IMG/VR virus record: IMGVR_UViG_3300028597_000007
Length of the DNA: 64,000 nucleotides
DNA from: a virus
Strand: one strand, 5' to 3'
Position 1 is the first letter of the stretch. Each line of letters starts with the position of its first letter. The position numbers and the translations under genes are program-made. Positions 28,974 to 37,686 of the stretch are shown here, in pieces. A model generated the notes under the pieces. That model searched no databases. It was not told the DNA's origin and saw only the letters and a program-made list of their open reading frames with translations.

Positions 28974-28996
28974 ATTCCCATGTCCTAAGGAGGACG
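28974..28996 (+). promoter_or_regulatory. SD-sequestering hairpin repeat, copy 5
   Basis: ATTCCCA-TGTCCT-AAGG-AGGACG. Confidence 0.7.
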
Positions 28997-29001
28997 AAGA
29001 A

Positions 29002-29346
29002 ATGGAATCAGCTACTGAAAACGTGATCGTAGATGGTCATGCCTGCACCACTGGTCTTCTGGGTATGGCTCGTAGCTGGCATGCAGATGTCAGTCAAAAC
29101 GGGCCTGTCGTAGAGAAAGAGCATGAGGGGCTGATGTACTACCTCGCCATGCTGCTCACCCAGGAAGATCACCCCGCTGCCGATGCGGTTATTCACCTGC
29201 TCGATGCTGCCGAGTTCCATGCAGCTTACGAGCGTGACACCCATCGCGTCACCCTGGCTTGCAATGGCCTTTCGTTTACTCGTGTCATCGATCCCGACAC
29301 CGCGTGTGCGTACCTGATGGCCAACCCCCACATCGAAACCCACTAA
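29002..29346 (+). CDS. His-rich hypothetical protein
   Basis: Strong SD. Confidence 0.8.
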   Translation: MESATENVIVDGHACTTGLLGMARSWHADVSQNGPVVEKEHEGLMYYLAMLLTQEDHPAADAVIHLLDAAEFHAAYERDTHRVTLACNGLSFTRVIDPDTACAYLMANPHIETH

Positions 29347-29363
29347 CCCAATGAGGAGGACGT

Positions 29364-29870
29364 ATGAAGAAACACATCGAAACTGCGTCCTCCGTCATTG
29401 CCAACCACTATGGCCTTAAATGGAATGGACGCTCACTGACTCTCAAGCGTTGGGAGTCAGTGGGTTGTCTGTCCAGTTTATTTTTTGTTTCAATTCATCT
29501 GGATTCCAGCACACACCTCTACTTGGTTGACCGTAAGGACATCGACGTAGAGGAAGAAGGGATGCGGTTGAAGCTACCATGCTTCCACTTCAGCCCGCAG
29601 ATGGTTGACACGCTGAATGCTGATCGCCATCAAGTGTGGTACATGGTGGTTGAGGGTGAACTCATCCTCATCCGAGATCACAATGTGGAAAGGTTGTTCA
29701 AGCGATTGCGCATTGCCTCAGTAGGTCCAGACCGTCACCGATTCGAACAAGACGTGATTGGTCTGGATATTGATATCCGCCAAGACTACATCCCGGGCAG
29801 GGGCAAGGTCAGGCGAGACTACTGGAAGAATCATCTCAATCGGAAAAGACCCGTGTTAGAGCCCGCATAA
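29364..29870 (+). CDS. Hypothetical protein
   Basis: GAGGAGG SD. Confidence 0.8.
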   Translation: MKKHIETASSVIANHYGLKWNGRSLTLKRWESVGCLSSLFFVSIHLDSSTHLYLVDRKDIDVEEEGMRLKLPCFHFSPQMVDTLNADRHQVWYMVVEGELILIRDHNVERLFKRLRIASVGPDRHRFEQDVIGLDIDIRQDYIPGRGKVRRDYWKNHLNRKRPVLEPA

Positions 29871-29917
29871 CCTCCCCTCCCGTTTGGGAGAGGAGGATCG
29901 TATGCTGTTTTTTTTTG
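29866..29917. terminator. Hairpin flanked by CATA/TATG with displaced T-tract
   Basis: CATAA-CCTCCCCTCCC-GTTT-GGGAGAGGAGG-ATCG-TATGC-TG-T9. Confidence 0.8.
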
Positions 29918-30000
29918 TTGCGTGGTGGCTCATTGATGCCAGTTTTACATGGGTTAACTTATGAAGTACCTCGTCAACCCCTTATGTACGGAGTTTGGCC

Positions 30001-30390
30001 ATGGCATTGGCATTGGTTGAACGTATCGAGTCCTCGACTCAGTCTCGCTACGTGTTGGATGGCAGGGGCCCAGCCTGCGCTTCCTACTGGCAGGACTTTC
30101 GTGGCCTCGAAGCTATGCTGTCGGAAAAGCATAGCACCGCGCTGTACATGGCGCAGTTAGCTAAGGAAAGGGGCGACCTTTGCCGTAAGTTCGAAACCGA
30201 CATTCCCCAATCTGTTTTGGACAAATATGTTGCGCAAGCGCCGTCTATCCTTAGGAAGTTGGATAGAGATATCCAGTCCATCATTCAACAAGGAGGAAGT
30301 TCAGATATAGTGTACCTAAATACACTATCCACGGTTAGGGCTGCGATGACCGACACCATCACACACCTTGTCCGCATCGTAGGGCGTTAA
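30001..30390 (+). CDS. Hypothetical protein
   Basis: GGAG SD before ATG 30001; directly upstream of the macrodomain gene. Confidence 0.65.
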   Translation: MALALVERIESSTQSRYVLDGRGPACASYWQDFRGLEAMLSEKHSTALYMAQLAKERGDLCRKFETDIPQSVLDKYVAQAPSILRKLDRDIQSIIQQGGSSDIVYLNTLSTVRAAMTDTITHLVRIVGR

Positions 30391-30392
30391 TC

Positions 30393-30839
30393 ATGGGCTT
30401 ACTTGTCGCTTATCAAAGTCTCTTTGCTCAAAGCTTTCAAGCCACCGTCGTAACCGTAAACTGTGAAGGCTTCATGGGCAAGGGCGTCGCTGAAGTTTGC
30501 AAGCGTTTGTATCCGAATGTTTACATCGATTACTTCCGGCGTTGCAAGAGCGGCAAGTTGAAACCTGGTCACATCAGTAACGAGGACTGTTACCAACTGT
30601 CAGATGGGCGATACATCATCCTGTTCCCCACCAAAGACCGCTGGCGACGTAATAGTGAGTTTGATTGGATCGAGTCAGGCCTTAAGGATCTGCTCGCCCA
30701 TTGTCATCGACTGTGTTTGGATGATATTGGCCTTCCCCCTCCAGGCTGCGGAAACGGTGGGTTGGACCTAAAGGATGTGCAGCCACTGATTGAGTCTATA
30801 TTCAGCGAGGAAGATGTGGAAGTAACCTTATGTATATAG
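30393..30839 (+). CDS. Stand-alone DarG-like macrodomain (ADP-ribosyl hydrolase)
   Basis: TVNCEGFMGKGVA, ILFPTKDRWR (DarG catalytic Lys context), PPPGCGNGGLD. Confidence 0.9.
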   Translation: MGLLVAYQSLFAQSFQATVVTVNCEGFMGKGVAEVCKRLYPNVYIDYFRRCKSGKLKPGHISNEDCYQLSDGRYIILFPTKDRWRRNSEFDWIESGLKDLLAHCHRLCLDDIGLPPPGCGNGGLDLKDVQPLIESIFSEEDVEVTLCI

Positions 30840-30859
30840 ACGCGTTGCTGCGGCTAGAT

Positions 30860-31102
30860 CCTTACCCTGAGGAGTCGACTTGTGACCTGGGATGCCAGGC
30901 CTTGTTGGCAAGATGGGTGCGGCGGTGGATTTTTAAATGTCCTTTTAGCCACCGCAAGTTGTGCGATGCCTGCCGTCCCCTGTGGACCGCTGGGTTGTGC
31001 AGCCTACAGAACGTTGGGCTCCGCCCTTGCCCTGCCGCTTAGCGTTCTGTGGGGTGACTCCCCATCGTGTACCGGTATTCGGGTCAGCCTTCGGGCTGAC
31101 CC
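30860..31102 (+). ncRNA. Candidate structured RNA or structured 5' leader
   Basis: Gene-free; 14-bp helix 31005-31018/31038-31051 with G.U pairs, several other helices, terminal UUCG hairpin. Confidence 0.4.
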
Positions 31103-31109
31103 TTATGCC
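31081..31109 (+). promoter_or_regulatory. UUCG hairpin followed by TATGCC upstream of a structural gene
   Basis: GGGTCAGCC-TTCG-GGCTGACCC-T-TATGCC. Confidence 0.7.
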
Positions 31110-31119
31110 GCCAGATGCT

Positions 31120-31659
31120 ATGCAGGATAAACCTGTATACAGGAGACACGACATGGTCATCGACCGCACACTGAGTGGGCCAGAAGTTCTGGTCGCCCTC
31201 ATCAATAGCCGTAACCCCGGCAAGAATCTCACTGTGGACCAGGTGACCTTTGGCACCCCCACACCAATCCAGGACCACCCAAGTGAGGAGAACACCTCCA
31301 TCCTCGTTTACCCAGTGACTGGCAAAGGCTACGGTGGCGATCCCGAGGAGTTCTATTACTCCCGCATGATTGGCAATCAGGTCAAGCAAAACCCGCCTGC
31401 ATTCATCGTGATCGAAAACGGTGAAGACGGGGTGTCCATCCGTAATAAGGTGGCCGTGGCCTTCAATGTCAACCCAGACGAGATGCTCATCTCTGATGCC
31501 ATGTTGACCGACATCGCCGATTCCCAGTACCGTCCAAGTGGTCAGGGCACCACTACCTGCGTACTCAGTGGTAAGCCTGGCAGCCTGCTGTACCTTGATT
31601 TCAACTCTGGGTATCAGTTGGTTGACTTGGTAACGCCAGAGTACCCAGGCGCCCAGTGA
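31120..31659 (+). CDS. Tail/baseplate-associated paralogue (family A)
   Basis: LVALINSRN...VTFGTP...NTSI...GKGYGG...FYYSR domain shared by the array; start uncertain, no clear SD. Confidence 0.75.
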   Translation: MQDKPVYRRHDMVIDRTLSGPEVLVALINSRNPGKNLTVDQVTFGTPTPIQDHPSEENTSILVYPVTGKGYGGDPEEFYYSRMIGNQVKQNPPAFIVIENGEDGVSIRNKVAVAFNVNPDEMLISDAMLTDIADSQYRPSGQGTTTCVLSGKPGSLLYLDFNSGYQLVDLVTPEYPGAQ

Positions 31660-31707
31660 TAATAGTATGCGATACCCTGTCGCATTCCTACCCCAAGGAG
31701 ATGTTCC

Positions 31708-32229
31708 ATGCAAATCAATGTGGCTAAAACCGCACAGGAAAACCTGATCGACTTGATCATCGACGCCAACCCTGGTAAGTCGCTGGCAGCCAATCAGTTC
31801 ACCGCCGCAGCCCCTGCAGCCATCACTCCGGTAGGCGAGCTGAACTCCAGCATCGTTCTGTCGGCTGTCGTTGGCCAGGGCTACGGCGCTGGCGACGTGA
31901 CCTTCCGCTACACCCGTCTGGCCCTGACCAGCGGCAAAGCTGTACCGGTCACTTCCGTTCAAGTTGCCGAAGGCGACGACCAAGCTGCCTCCCTGGCCAA
32001 GGTCATCACCGCCCTGGGCATCCTGGCTTCCGAAGTCGATGCCAGCGACTACGCTGCCCCGACCGACGACACCACCCCAGGTATGATCACCCTGACTCCG
32101 AAGGCCAGCTCCGTGCTGTACGTCGGTGATGAAGTGGTCATCGAGCTGACCCTGCCGGCTGAAGCAGAGCCTACCCTGGCTGAAACCTTCACCGTGACCG
32201 ACCTGAACGGCTTCGATGCTGCTCAGTAA
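31708..32229 (+). CDS. Tail/baseplate-associated paralogue (family A)
   Basis: LIDLIIDAN...NSSI...GQGY...FRYTRLAL; ends in TVTDLNGF. Confidence 0.85.
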   Translation: MQINVAKTAQENLIDLIIDANPGKSLAANQFTAAAPAAITPVGELNSSIVLSAVVGQGYGAGDVTFRYTRLALTSGKAVPVTSVQVAEGDDQAASLAKVITALGILASEVDASDYAAPTDDTTPGMITLTPKASSVLYVGDEVVIELTLPAEAEPTLAETFTVTDLNGFDAAQ

Positions 32230-32236
32230 GTGACAA

Positions 32237-32275
32237 CATAAGCCCCCGGCCTCCACGTAGGGCCGGGGGCTTATG
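32237..32275. terminator. Perfect 15-bp inverted repeat including CATA/TATG
   Basis: CATAAGCCCCCGGCC-N9-GGCCGGGGGCTTATG between convergent genes. Confidence 0.85.
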
Positions 32276-32276
32276 C

Positions 32277-33014
32277 TCATGCAGGGGTAAACCCATTGAG
32301 GTCAGTGTTGGTAAACGCCTCTGCCAAAGACAGAAGTGGCACCGCCTCGAAGCCATTGAGGTCAGTATTAGTGAACTCGCTGGCCAGAGTTGGCATGGAT
32401 CCGAAGGTTACCGTGCCTGGGTAGAACAGGTAGCTATCTGGATTAGATACCAGCATCAGTGTGGTTGCAGTCAACTTCGATTTGGTCATGTCGAAATCAG
32501 ATGCGTCCACCAGCAGACTACGGCTACGCAGGTCAGCAATTACATCTGCCAGACTGGAGTAGTTTGCAGCATTGAGCTTAAGCGTTGCCAGCGCGCCGAT
32601 GGAACGACGCCCGTAGGTCAGTGTGTGGCTAACTCTGGTTGGTGCATCGAAGCCTGGGGTCAGGTCCAACTGAGTCTTACCTGTCTCGTTGACCTTGCGG
32701 GGCTTGGACAACGAGTACAGCTGCCACGGGATGGTGGCGCTGGCTTTCGACTGAATCAATTTCTTGACGCCGTCGATTGGAGTAATATCCAACGGTAGGG
32801 TGATCGACCCATCGGACATCTGGATGACCATCATGCGCAGGCCAGCCAACTCTACCTGTGCAGGTGTCTTTTGGATGACCGATGCACTGAGGCGACTGAC
32901 CTCGGTGGAACCAGGCGCCTTTTCAATCACGATACCTTGCAGCGAGAACAGGTCAACCGCTGGGAGTTCCTTCTCCACAACGACGCCCTGAAGGCTAAAG
33001 AGATCAGTTTCCAT
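32277..33014 (-). CDS. Virion-associated protein with N- and C-terminal tandem repeats
   Basis: Twice DLFSLQG(V/I)V(V/I)EK; twice FTNTDLNGF; degenerate family A core. Confidence 0.8.
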   Translation of the reverse strand: METDLFSLQGVVVEKELPAVDLFSLQGIVIEKAPGSTEVSRLSASVIQKTPAQVELAGLRMMVIQMSDGSITLPLDITPIDGVKKLIQSKASATIPWQLYSLSKPRKVNETGKTQLDLTPGFDAPTRVSHTLTYGRRSIGALATLKLNAANYSSLADVIADLRSRSLLVDASDFDMTKSKLTATTLMLVSNPDSYLFYPGTVTFGSMPTLASEFTNTDLNGFEAVPLLSLAEAFTNTDLNGFTPA

Positions 33015-33037
33015 GTTGTGTAACCTCGTCTAGAAAC

Positions 33038-34075
33038 TTAGCGATCCGCGACCTTCAGGGAGATCTCCAGACCATCCATTGCAGTGGCTGCAGTCTGCTC
33101 AGCTGCCGAACGCGAACTGACCCCCATGAGAAGGTTTGGCAGCACTGGCAGCACCGGTGGCTGGATGGCCGTCACTTCCTTGGTGCTAGGACCACGCTTA
33201 TGTGTAACCTTGAGGTCGCCTGGCTGACCGACGGTATAGTTGGACTTGGCCACTACAAAAGTGCCGAGCACTGGAGTGTCGTTGGGGAGGACGTAGCCAT
33301 CAGCCTTGGTCATCTTAAGTTCGGGGGGCACCGAACCAGCAGCGCCCTTGACGCGAGTGCCGGAGTCAGTGGCGTAGTCCTTGCGGGTCAGTACGTCAGT
33401 AAGGGCATCCACATTGAAGCCTTGACTGGACACCATCTTCAGCGGAACACTGGAGATATCCACGGGACCCGTGCGGGTATTAATCCCGTCATCACCGGCA
33501 TCGTAGATGATCAGCACGTCGGTATGCATGAAGTATGCCACGCTACCCAGGCCGAAGTAGAAATCAGCACCATTGTTCCGCAGGGTGGTCAGGTTGGTAC
33601 CTTGGTAGAGGTTAGGCCAGGTGGCGTTCAGCTTGTTGTCGATCCACAGCTCGACCGTACCGGTCTCGCGATTAATCACAAGCTCTGCGTAGAACTCAGC
33701 CACGCCTGCTGGAACGTTGTAGATGAAGTTGGTGCCAATCAATCGGAACACCGGGAAGGCACTGACGATGCCGGCTTGCGGGACCTGAGCACGGAAACGC
33801 GCGCCGATGACAATGGTCGAATTACCGACCGCAATACCCAAACTACTGGTGAGAGGACCAACCACTCGGTGACCGGCGTTGTAGGGTGCCAACCAGGATT
33901 TGCCGTTGGCCACTTCCACGTTGATGATGTCGGTTTTACCAACCATGGTTGCGCCAGTGGTGATCAACGCGTAGACACCTGGGCAGGCCCCGTATGGTTT
34001 CGGGTCTTGGGTGTTGTAGTTCACCCCCGCGGCAAGGCCCAGGCCCTTGAAGTTTTCAGCTAGAACGATGGCCAT
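33038..34075 (-). CDS. Tail fibre/receptor-binding-like beta-sandwich protein (family B)
   Basis: Beta-rich; TRTGPVDISSVP motif shared with the other family B genes. Confidence 0.7.
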   Translation of the reverse strand: MAIVLAENFKGLGLAAGVNYNTQDPKPYGACPGVYALITTGATMVGKTDIINVEVANGKSWLAPYNAGHRVVGPLTSSLGIAVGNSTIVIGARFRAQVPQAGIVSAFPVFRLIGTNFIYNVPAGVAEFYAELVINRETGTVELWIDNKLNATWPNLYQGTNLTTLRNNGADFYFGLGSVAYFMHTDVLIIYDAGDDGINTRTGPVDISSVPLKMVSSQGFNVDALTDVLTRKDYATDSGTRVKGAAGSVPPELKMTKADGYVLPNDTPVLGTFVVAKSNYTVGQPGDLKVTHKRGPSTKEVTAIQPPVLPVLPNLLMGVSSRSAAEQTAATAMDGLEISLKVADR

Positions 34076-35104
34076 TTACGCCTCCACGAACTTGAGCTTG
34101 TGAGTGATGTCGTTCAGCGACCGAGTAGTCGAAGCCGTACGAGCAGCCAGCGGGGCGATGAAGTTCAATCGATCCGCGCTGCGCGTGGTCAGGTCTACTG
34201 CCTGATCGGTGGTGGTTACCGCATCGAGCTTGCGCTCAAGGGTTGCCGTCACAGTCTGACTGCCGGTACGCTGAGCACCTACAAAAATACCGGCTGCCAG
34301 TTGGCGACTAACATCGATGCCGGTCAGGTCGAGGCTGAAGTTGACCTCTGCCGCTGCTGCGTTGGCCTTGGCGACGGTACCTTTGGTCAGAGGCTGGCCT
34401 TGGGTATTGACGATGCGGGTATTGACAATTGTTTCCAGTTCTGCCGCTGTCTTGTCGAAGCCGCTGACAGACGATACCTTGACCGGTACGGAGCTGATTT
34501 TGACCGGACCCAGTCGTGCGCTTGGGTAAACACCGTCGTTCCAAGCGATGTAAGCGTCGCTCGTAAACAGTGCGCGGGCATCGTTGTAGTTGCGGGCAGC
34601 TATGCCCAATGTGAAGCCAGCAGTGGTAAGGTTGGCACTGGTGCCACCACTGATGTTGGCGATGACCCCAACCGATACGCCGTCAATGTATCCAGTGACG
34701 GTACCCTGATCGCGATCGATCTCCACCTCAAGGTAGCAGTCGGTCGGCGGAACCTGTGCCGAGTTGGCGACCGACTGGAACAGGTAAAGCTTACCGCCAC
34801 CGATGTTCAGATAAAGTGGGGCAGTGTTGACGTCTCCCAGGTGCTTAACCAACCCAGTGAAGCGGCAACCGAAGTAGATCTTCTTCACCGCAGTTGGGAC
34901 GATGAAGTTTGGCAGCATGGTCCAACCATGTTGGCCCGAGGTGCCCCGGTTCAGGGAGGCCATCTTACCCTTTTGGGTGACGGTTTCTGGTGGGGCACTG
35001 CCAAAGGCGGTGTCGAACGCACCGAACTTGTTGAGACCCAGTGCAGGGAACTCCAGGCCGCTAACCCCCATGTGGTGAACGGCCATCGCAAATTGAAGAC
35101 TCAT
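34076..35104 (-). CDS. Tail fibre/receptor-binding-like beta-sandwich protein (family B)
   Basis: ARLGPVKISSVP; AAGGAG SD before ATG 35104. Confidence 0.7.
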   Translation of the reverse strand: MSLQFAMAVHHMGVSGLEFPALGLNKFGAFDTAFGSAPPETVTQKGKMASLNRGTSGQHGWTMLPNFIVPTAVKKIYFGCRFTGLVKHLGDVNTAPLYLNIGGGKLYLFQSVANSAQVPPTDCYLEVEIDRDQGTVTGYIDGVSVGVIANISGGTSANLTTAGFTLGIAARNYNDARALFTSDAYIAWNDGVYPSARLGPVKISSVPVKVSSVSGFDKTAAELETIVNTRIVNTQGQPLTKGTVAKANAAAAEVNFSLDLTGIDVSRQLAAGIFVGAQRTGSQTVTATLERKLDAVTTTDQAVDLTTRSADRLNFIAPLAARTASTTRSLNDITHKLKFVEA

Positions 35105-35114
35105 GGCTATCTCC

Positions 35115-35609
35115 TTAGATGTAACCAATGTCGGAGTTGGTAAACAGAGTGGACGTCAGTGGTTTGCGCCCAACTGTCAACGTACACGAGCCCTTGTAGA
35201 ACGGGGAGCCGGACTTGGCACGCAAGGTAATTGTGAAGTTGGCCAACGAACCCTGGGCCACCACTGGATCATCTTCCAGATCGAAGGTGGTGAACAGGAT
35301 ACCTGTGTGTCGCTCCAGTTGCTTGAGCACCTTGTGGACCGTGGTGTCCTCTGGGAAGAGGGTACCCTTGTTCAACAGGAGGGTCTCAAGGTCCTTGAGT
35401 TGTCGGCGGTTGTAGTAAAAGGTTTTGGTCAACGTGCCAGTGCCAGCAGCATCCGGGTAGGTGACCACCATCTGGACTTCGCGCTTGGTACCGAAGCCGG
35501 TGGAAGGAACAACCTGATCCTGCAAGGTAACCTTGGTAGGGTCAAGCGTTCTTCCAACCAGATTCGAAATCAAAGTCACGAAGCCTGCCTTGGAGAAGGG
35601 GGCAAGCAT
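35115..35609 (-). CDS. Tail-associated paralogue (family A, N-domain only)
   Basis: FYYNRRQL...TTVHKVL...FTTFDLED. Confidence 0.75.
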   Translation of the reverse strand: MLAPFSKAGFVTLISNLVGRTLDPTKVTLQDQVVPSTGFGTKREVQMVVTYPDAAGTGTLTKTFYYNRRQLKDLETLLLNKGTLFPEDTTVHKVLKQLERHTGILFTTFDLEDDPVVAQGSLANFTITLRAKSGSPFYKGSCTLTVGRKPLTSTLFTNSDIGYI

Positions 35610-35617
35610 GCGTCACC

Positions 35618-36544
35618 TCAGCGGTTGTACTGGAAAATGAAAGGTTCAGTGAACCACGGGCTGGCAACCGAGGTGGTCACCACAAGTGCCCTGTCGAAGC
35701 GCCCAGTCTGATCACATTGGGGGTAAGCGGCATTGGGCAGGTCGATCAACTTGCCACGGGTGGAGCGAAGGCCGCCTTTGACCGTCGCCGCCTGACCTGG
35801 AACAAACCCACTGTGGCCACCCAGCGCGTTGGCAGTGTTGGCCAAAACGTCTGCGAAGGCGGCCGAGATGTTTACGTCGGTCGCCGAGAACGTGTTCAGA
35901 TCAGTGCGCAGAGATGTGAAGTCCAAGCCCTGGGTGAGGAGAGGATACAGCTGGGTCTCTGTTGGCCAGTCAAGACCAACCAATTCCCAGTCACGCGCCG
36001 AAGGTACAATGACACCCATGTTGACCTGAGACCCAGGCTCGAAGAACACCGAGCTGGCAGACGCCTTGAAGTAGGTATCGCCAGACTGATTCAGTGCCTC
36101 ATCCACGATCTCCGAGCGAGCAACCTTGGTACCAAACTTGGCGTTGAATGCGTCGAGCATGTCGCCTGTGGTAAGTGCCCCTGGAACAAACTTGAATGTA
36201 TCCAGGTTCCGACCATAGGCGAGATCATCGATGGGGTAGCGTGTATACGCCAGGTTCACCGAACCGCGGAATCCAGAGGACGGCTTCACACTGAGCTGGA
36301 TCTCGGCATTGAAGCGACCAGCTACCTTGGTGATCGGAGTTCCCAGGTCAAAGTCCGACAAGGCCAAGGTGACGTTGTGGTTCGCCTTGATCGAGTTGGC
36401 AATGTGCTGTTTGTAGTCGAGGGTGAAGCCGGCCGCTGACCGCGCAGAGACCAAGGCGTACGCCGACACAGAGTCGACAGAGATCACCTTGTTCTGCGTA
36501 GTCAGCGCGTAGGCAGACACCTGGTCAACCTTGATCGTTCCCAT
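35618..36544 (-). CDS. Tail-associated paralogue (family A)
   Basis: FNAEI...GFRGSVNLAYTRY; C-domain ending FIFQYN. Confidence 0.8.
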   Translation of the reverse strand: MGTIKVDQVSAYALTTQNKVISVDSVSAYALVSARSAAGFTLDYKQHIANSIKANHNVTLALSDFDLGTPITKVAGRFNAEIQLSVKPSSGFRGSVNLAYTRYPIDDLAYGRNLDTFKFVPGALTTGDMLDAFNAKFGTKVARSEIVDEALNQSGDTYFKASASSVFFEPGSQVNMGVIVPSARDWELVGLDWPTETQLYPLLTQGLDFTSLRTDLNTFSATDVNISAAFADVLANTANALGGHSGFVPGQAATVKGGLRSTRGKLIDLPNAAYPQCDQTGRFDRALVVTTSVASPWFTEPFIFQYNR

Positions 36545-36555
36545 GTGTAACTCCT

Positions 36556-37677
36556 TTAGCTACTCGCTTTGAGGCGGAGCTTGTAGCTATCGACGTCAGC
36601 CTTGGTCCCCGGAGTACCAGTCCACTGACGCAAGAACGCCGCTTTGGCGAAGTTGCTCAGCAAAGGGGTCTTAGTGTAGTCGAAGGTTTGGGTGAAGGTG
36701 AATTGCTTGGTCGACTCCACGGTTGCCCCACGCATTGCGATGGCATCCAGGGAACTGGCACCTGCGGTGCCAATGGCGTCCAACTGCATGTTGATCGCAT
36801 TTACGCGGTCGTTCGCTGCGAGGCCTGCGGTGGAGAAACTGATCAGACCCTTGGGGTCGGCCTCATCCACGTTCACAAACGTCATAGCGGCTGCCGCAGG
36901 TACCGAGATGGGGCTTGTCTGGGTATCGTTGAGGGAATCCACCAGAGTAGAACCAGCCACGTTAACAGACCAACCGGCATCAACGCTGGCCACAGGCAGA
37001 CGTTTGACGATCTGTGAACCCAAGCGATCAGTGGGATCACCGTCTTCGATCAGGGCCAGGTAGACATCGCGGTGGTCAACTGCACAGCTGCCGTTACCGT
37101 AGTCGGAGGATTGACCAGAGTGTCCGAAGGTGAAGGCCTTGACCTTGCCGTAGGCGGTGATCGCTGCGGCGACATCCACTGTTCTGACAACCAAACCATC
37201 ACGAACGAGTTTGACCTTGCCGTTGACGCGGTCAAACACCGCTTCCCAATAGTGCATCAAGCCGAGGGTGATCGAGTTCCAGTCGGTGAACTGACAAACG
37301 CGGGTAACCGTGTCGTTCTCATGCAAGACGCCGATAGTCATGTTCGAGGACAGCATGTTGCTGTAGGCGCGCAAGACTTGGCGAACGCCCATGGTCAGCT
37401 TGGAAGTGGCGTCCTTGAGCCCTGGCTGGATATCATCAAACGGAATAGCCAGCATACCGTTGAACGGGTTAGGGTACGTGGCAGTGCCGCAGTTCGTTCT
37501 GATCCAGGCGCCCTCATCAGGATTGGGTACCTGCTTGGAGTAGGCGCAACTCGCATAGCTACCGATAGCGTTCTGGCGGAATTGTAGACGGGTACTGGCC
37601 AGGGTGGCGCCGTTGGCTGGAGCAGCAATGTTGCCAGGCGGCACGTTATCGAACCCGAAGAAATCGAGAATCTTCAT
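36556..37677 (-). CDS. Tail fibre/receptor-binding-like beta-sandwich protein (family B)
   Basis: YWEAVFDRVNGKV, DRLGSQIVKRLPV. Confidence 0.7.
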   Translation of the reverse strand: MKILDFFGFDNVPPGNIAAPANGATLASTRLQFRQNAIGSYASCAYSKQVPNPDEGAWIRTNCGTATYPNPFNGMLAIPFDDIQPGLKDATSKLTMGVRQVLRAYSNMLSSNMTIGVLHENDTVTRVCQFTDWNSITLGLMHYWEAVFDRVNGKVKLVRDGLVVRTVDVAAAITAYGKVKAFTFGHSGQSSDYGNGSCAVDHRDVYLALIEDGDPTDRLGSQIVKRLPVASVDAGWSVNVAGSTLVDSLNDTQTSPISVPAAAAMTFVNVDEADPKGLISFSTAGLAANDRVNAINMQLDAIGTAGASSLDAIAMRGATVESTKQFTFTQTFDYTKTPLLSNFAKAAFLRQWTGTPGTKADVDSYKLRLKASS

Positions 37678-37686
37678 GTCGCCCCC

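Noticed and set aside
23680-28996. CRISPR-like array interpretation of the repeated 22-nt motif
   Set aside because: Copies are 0.8-2 kb apart, separated by whole genes, not by 30-40 nt spacers; no cas genes.
30830-31130. ORFs 30830..31042, 30882..31130 and the 5' extension of 30961..31659
   Set aside because: No SD, atypical Cys/Pro/Arg-rich composition, and overlap with strong RNA helices.
35109-35120. ATCT-AAGG-AGAT mini-hairpin over an SD on the - strand
   Set aside because: Only 4 bp, and explained by ordinary stop-plus-SD coupling (TAAGGAG).
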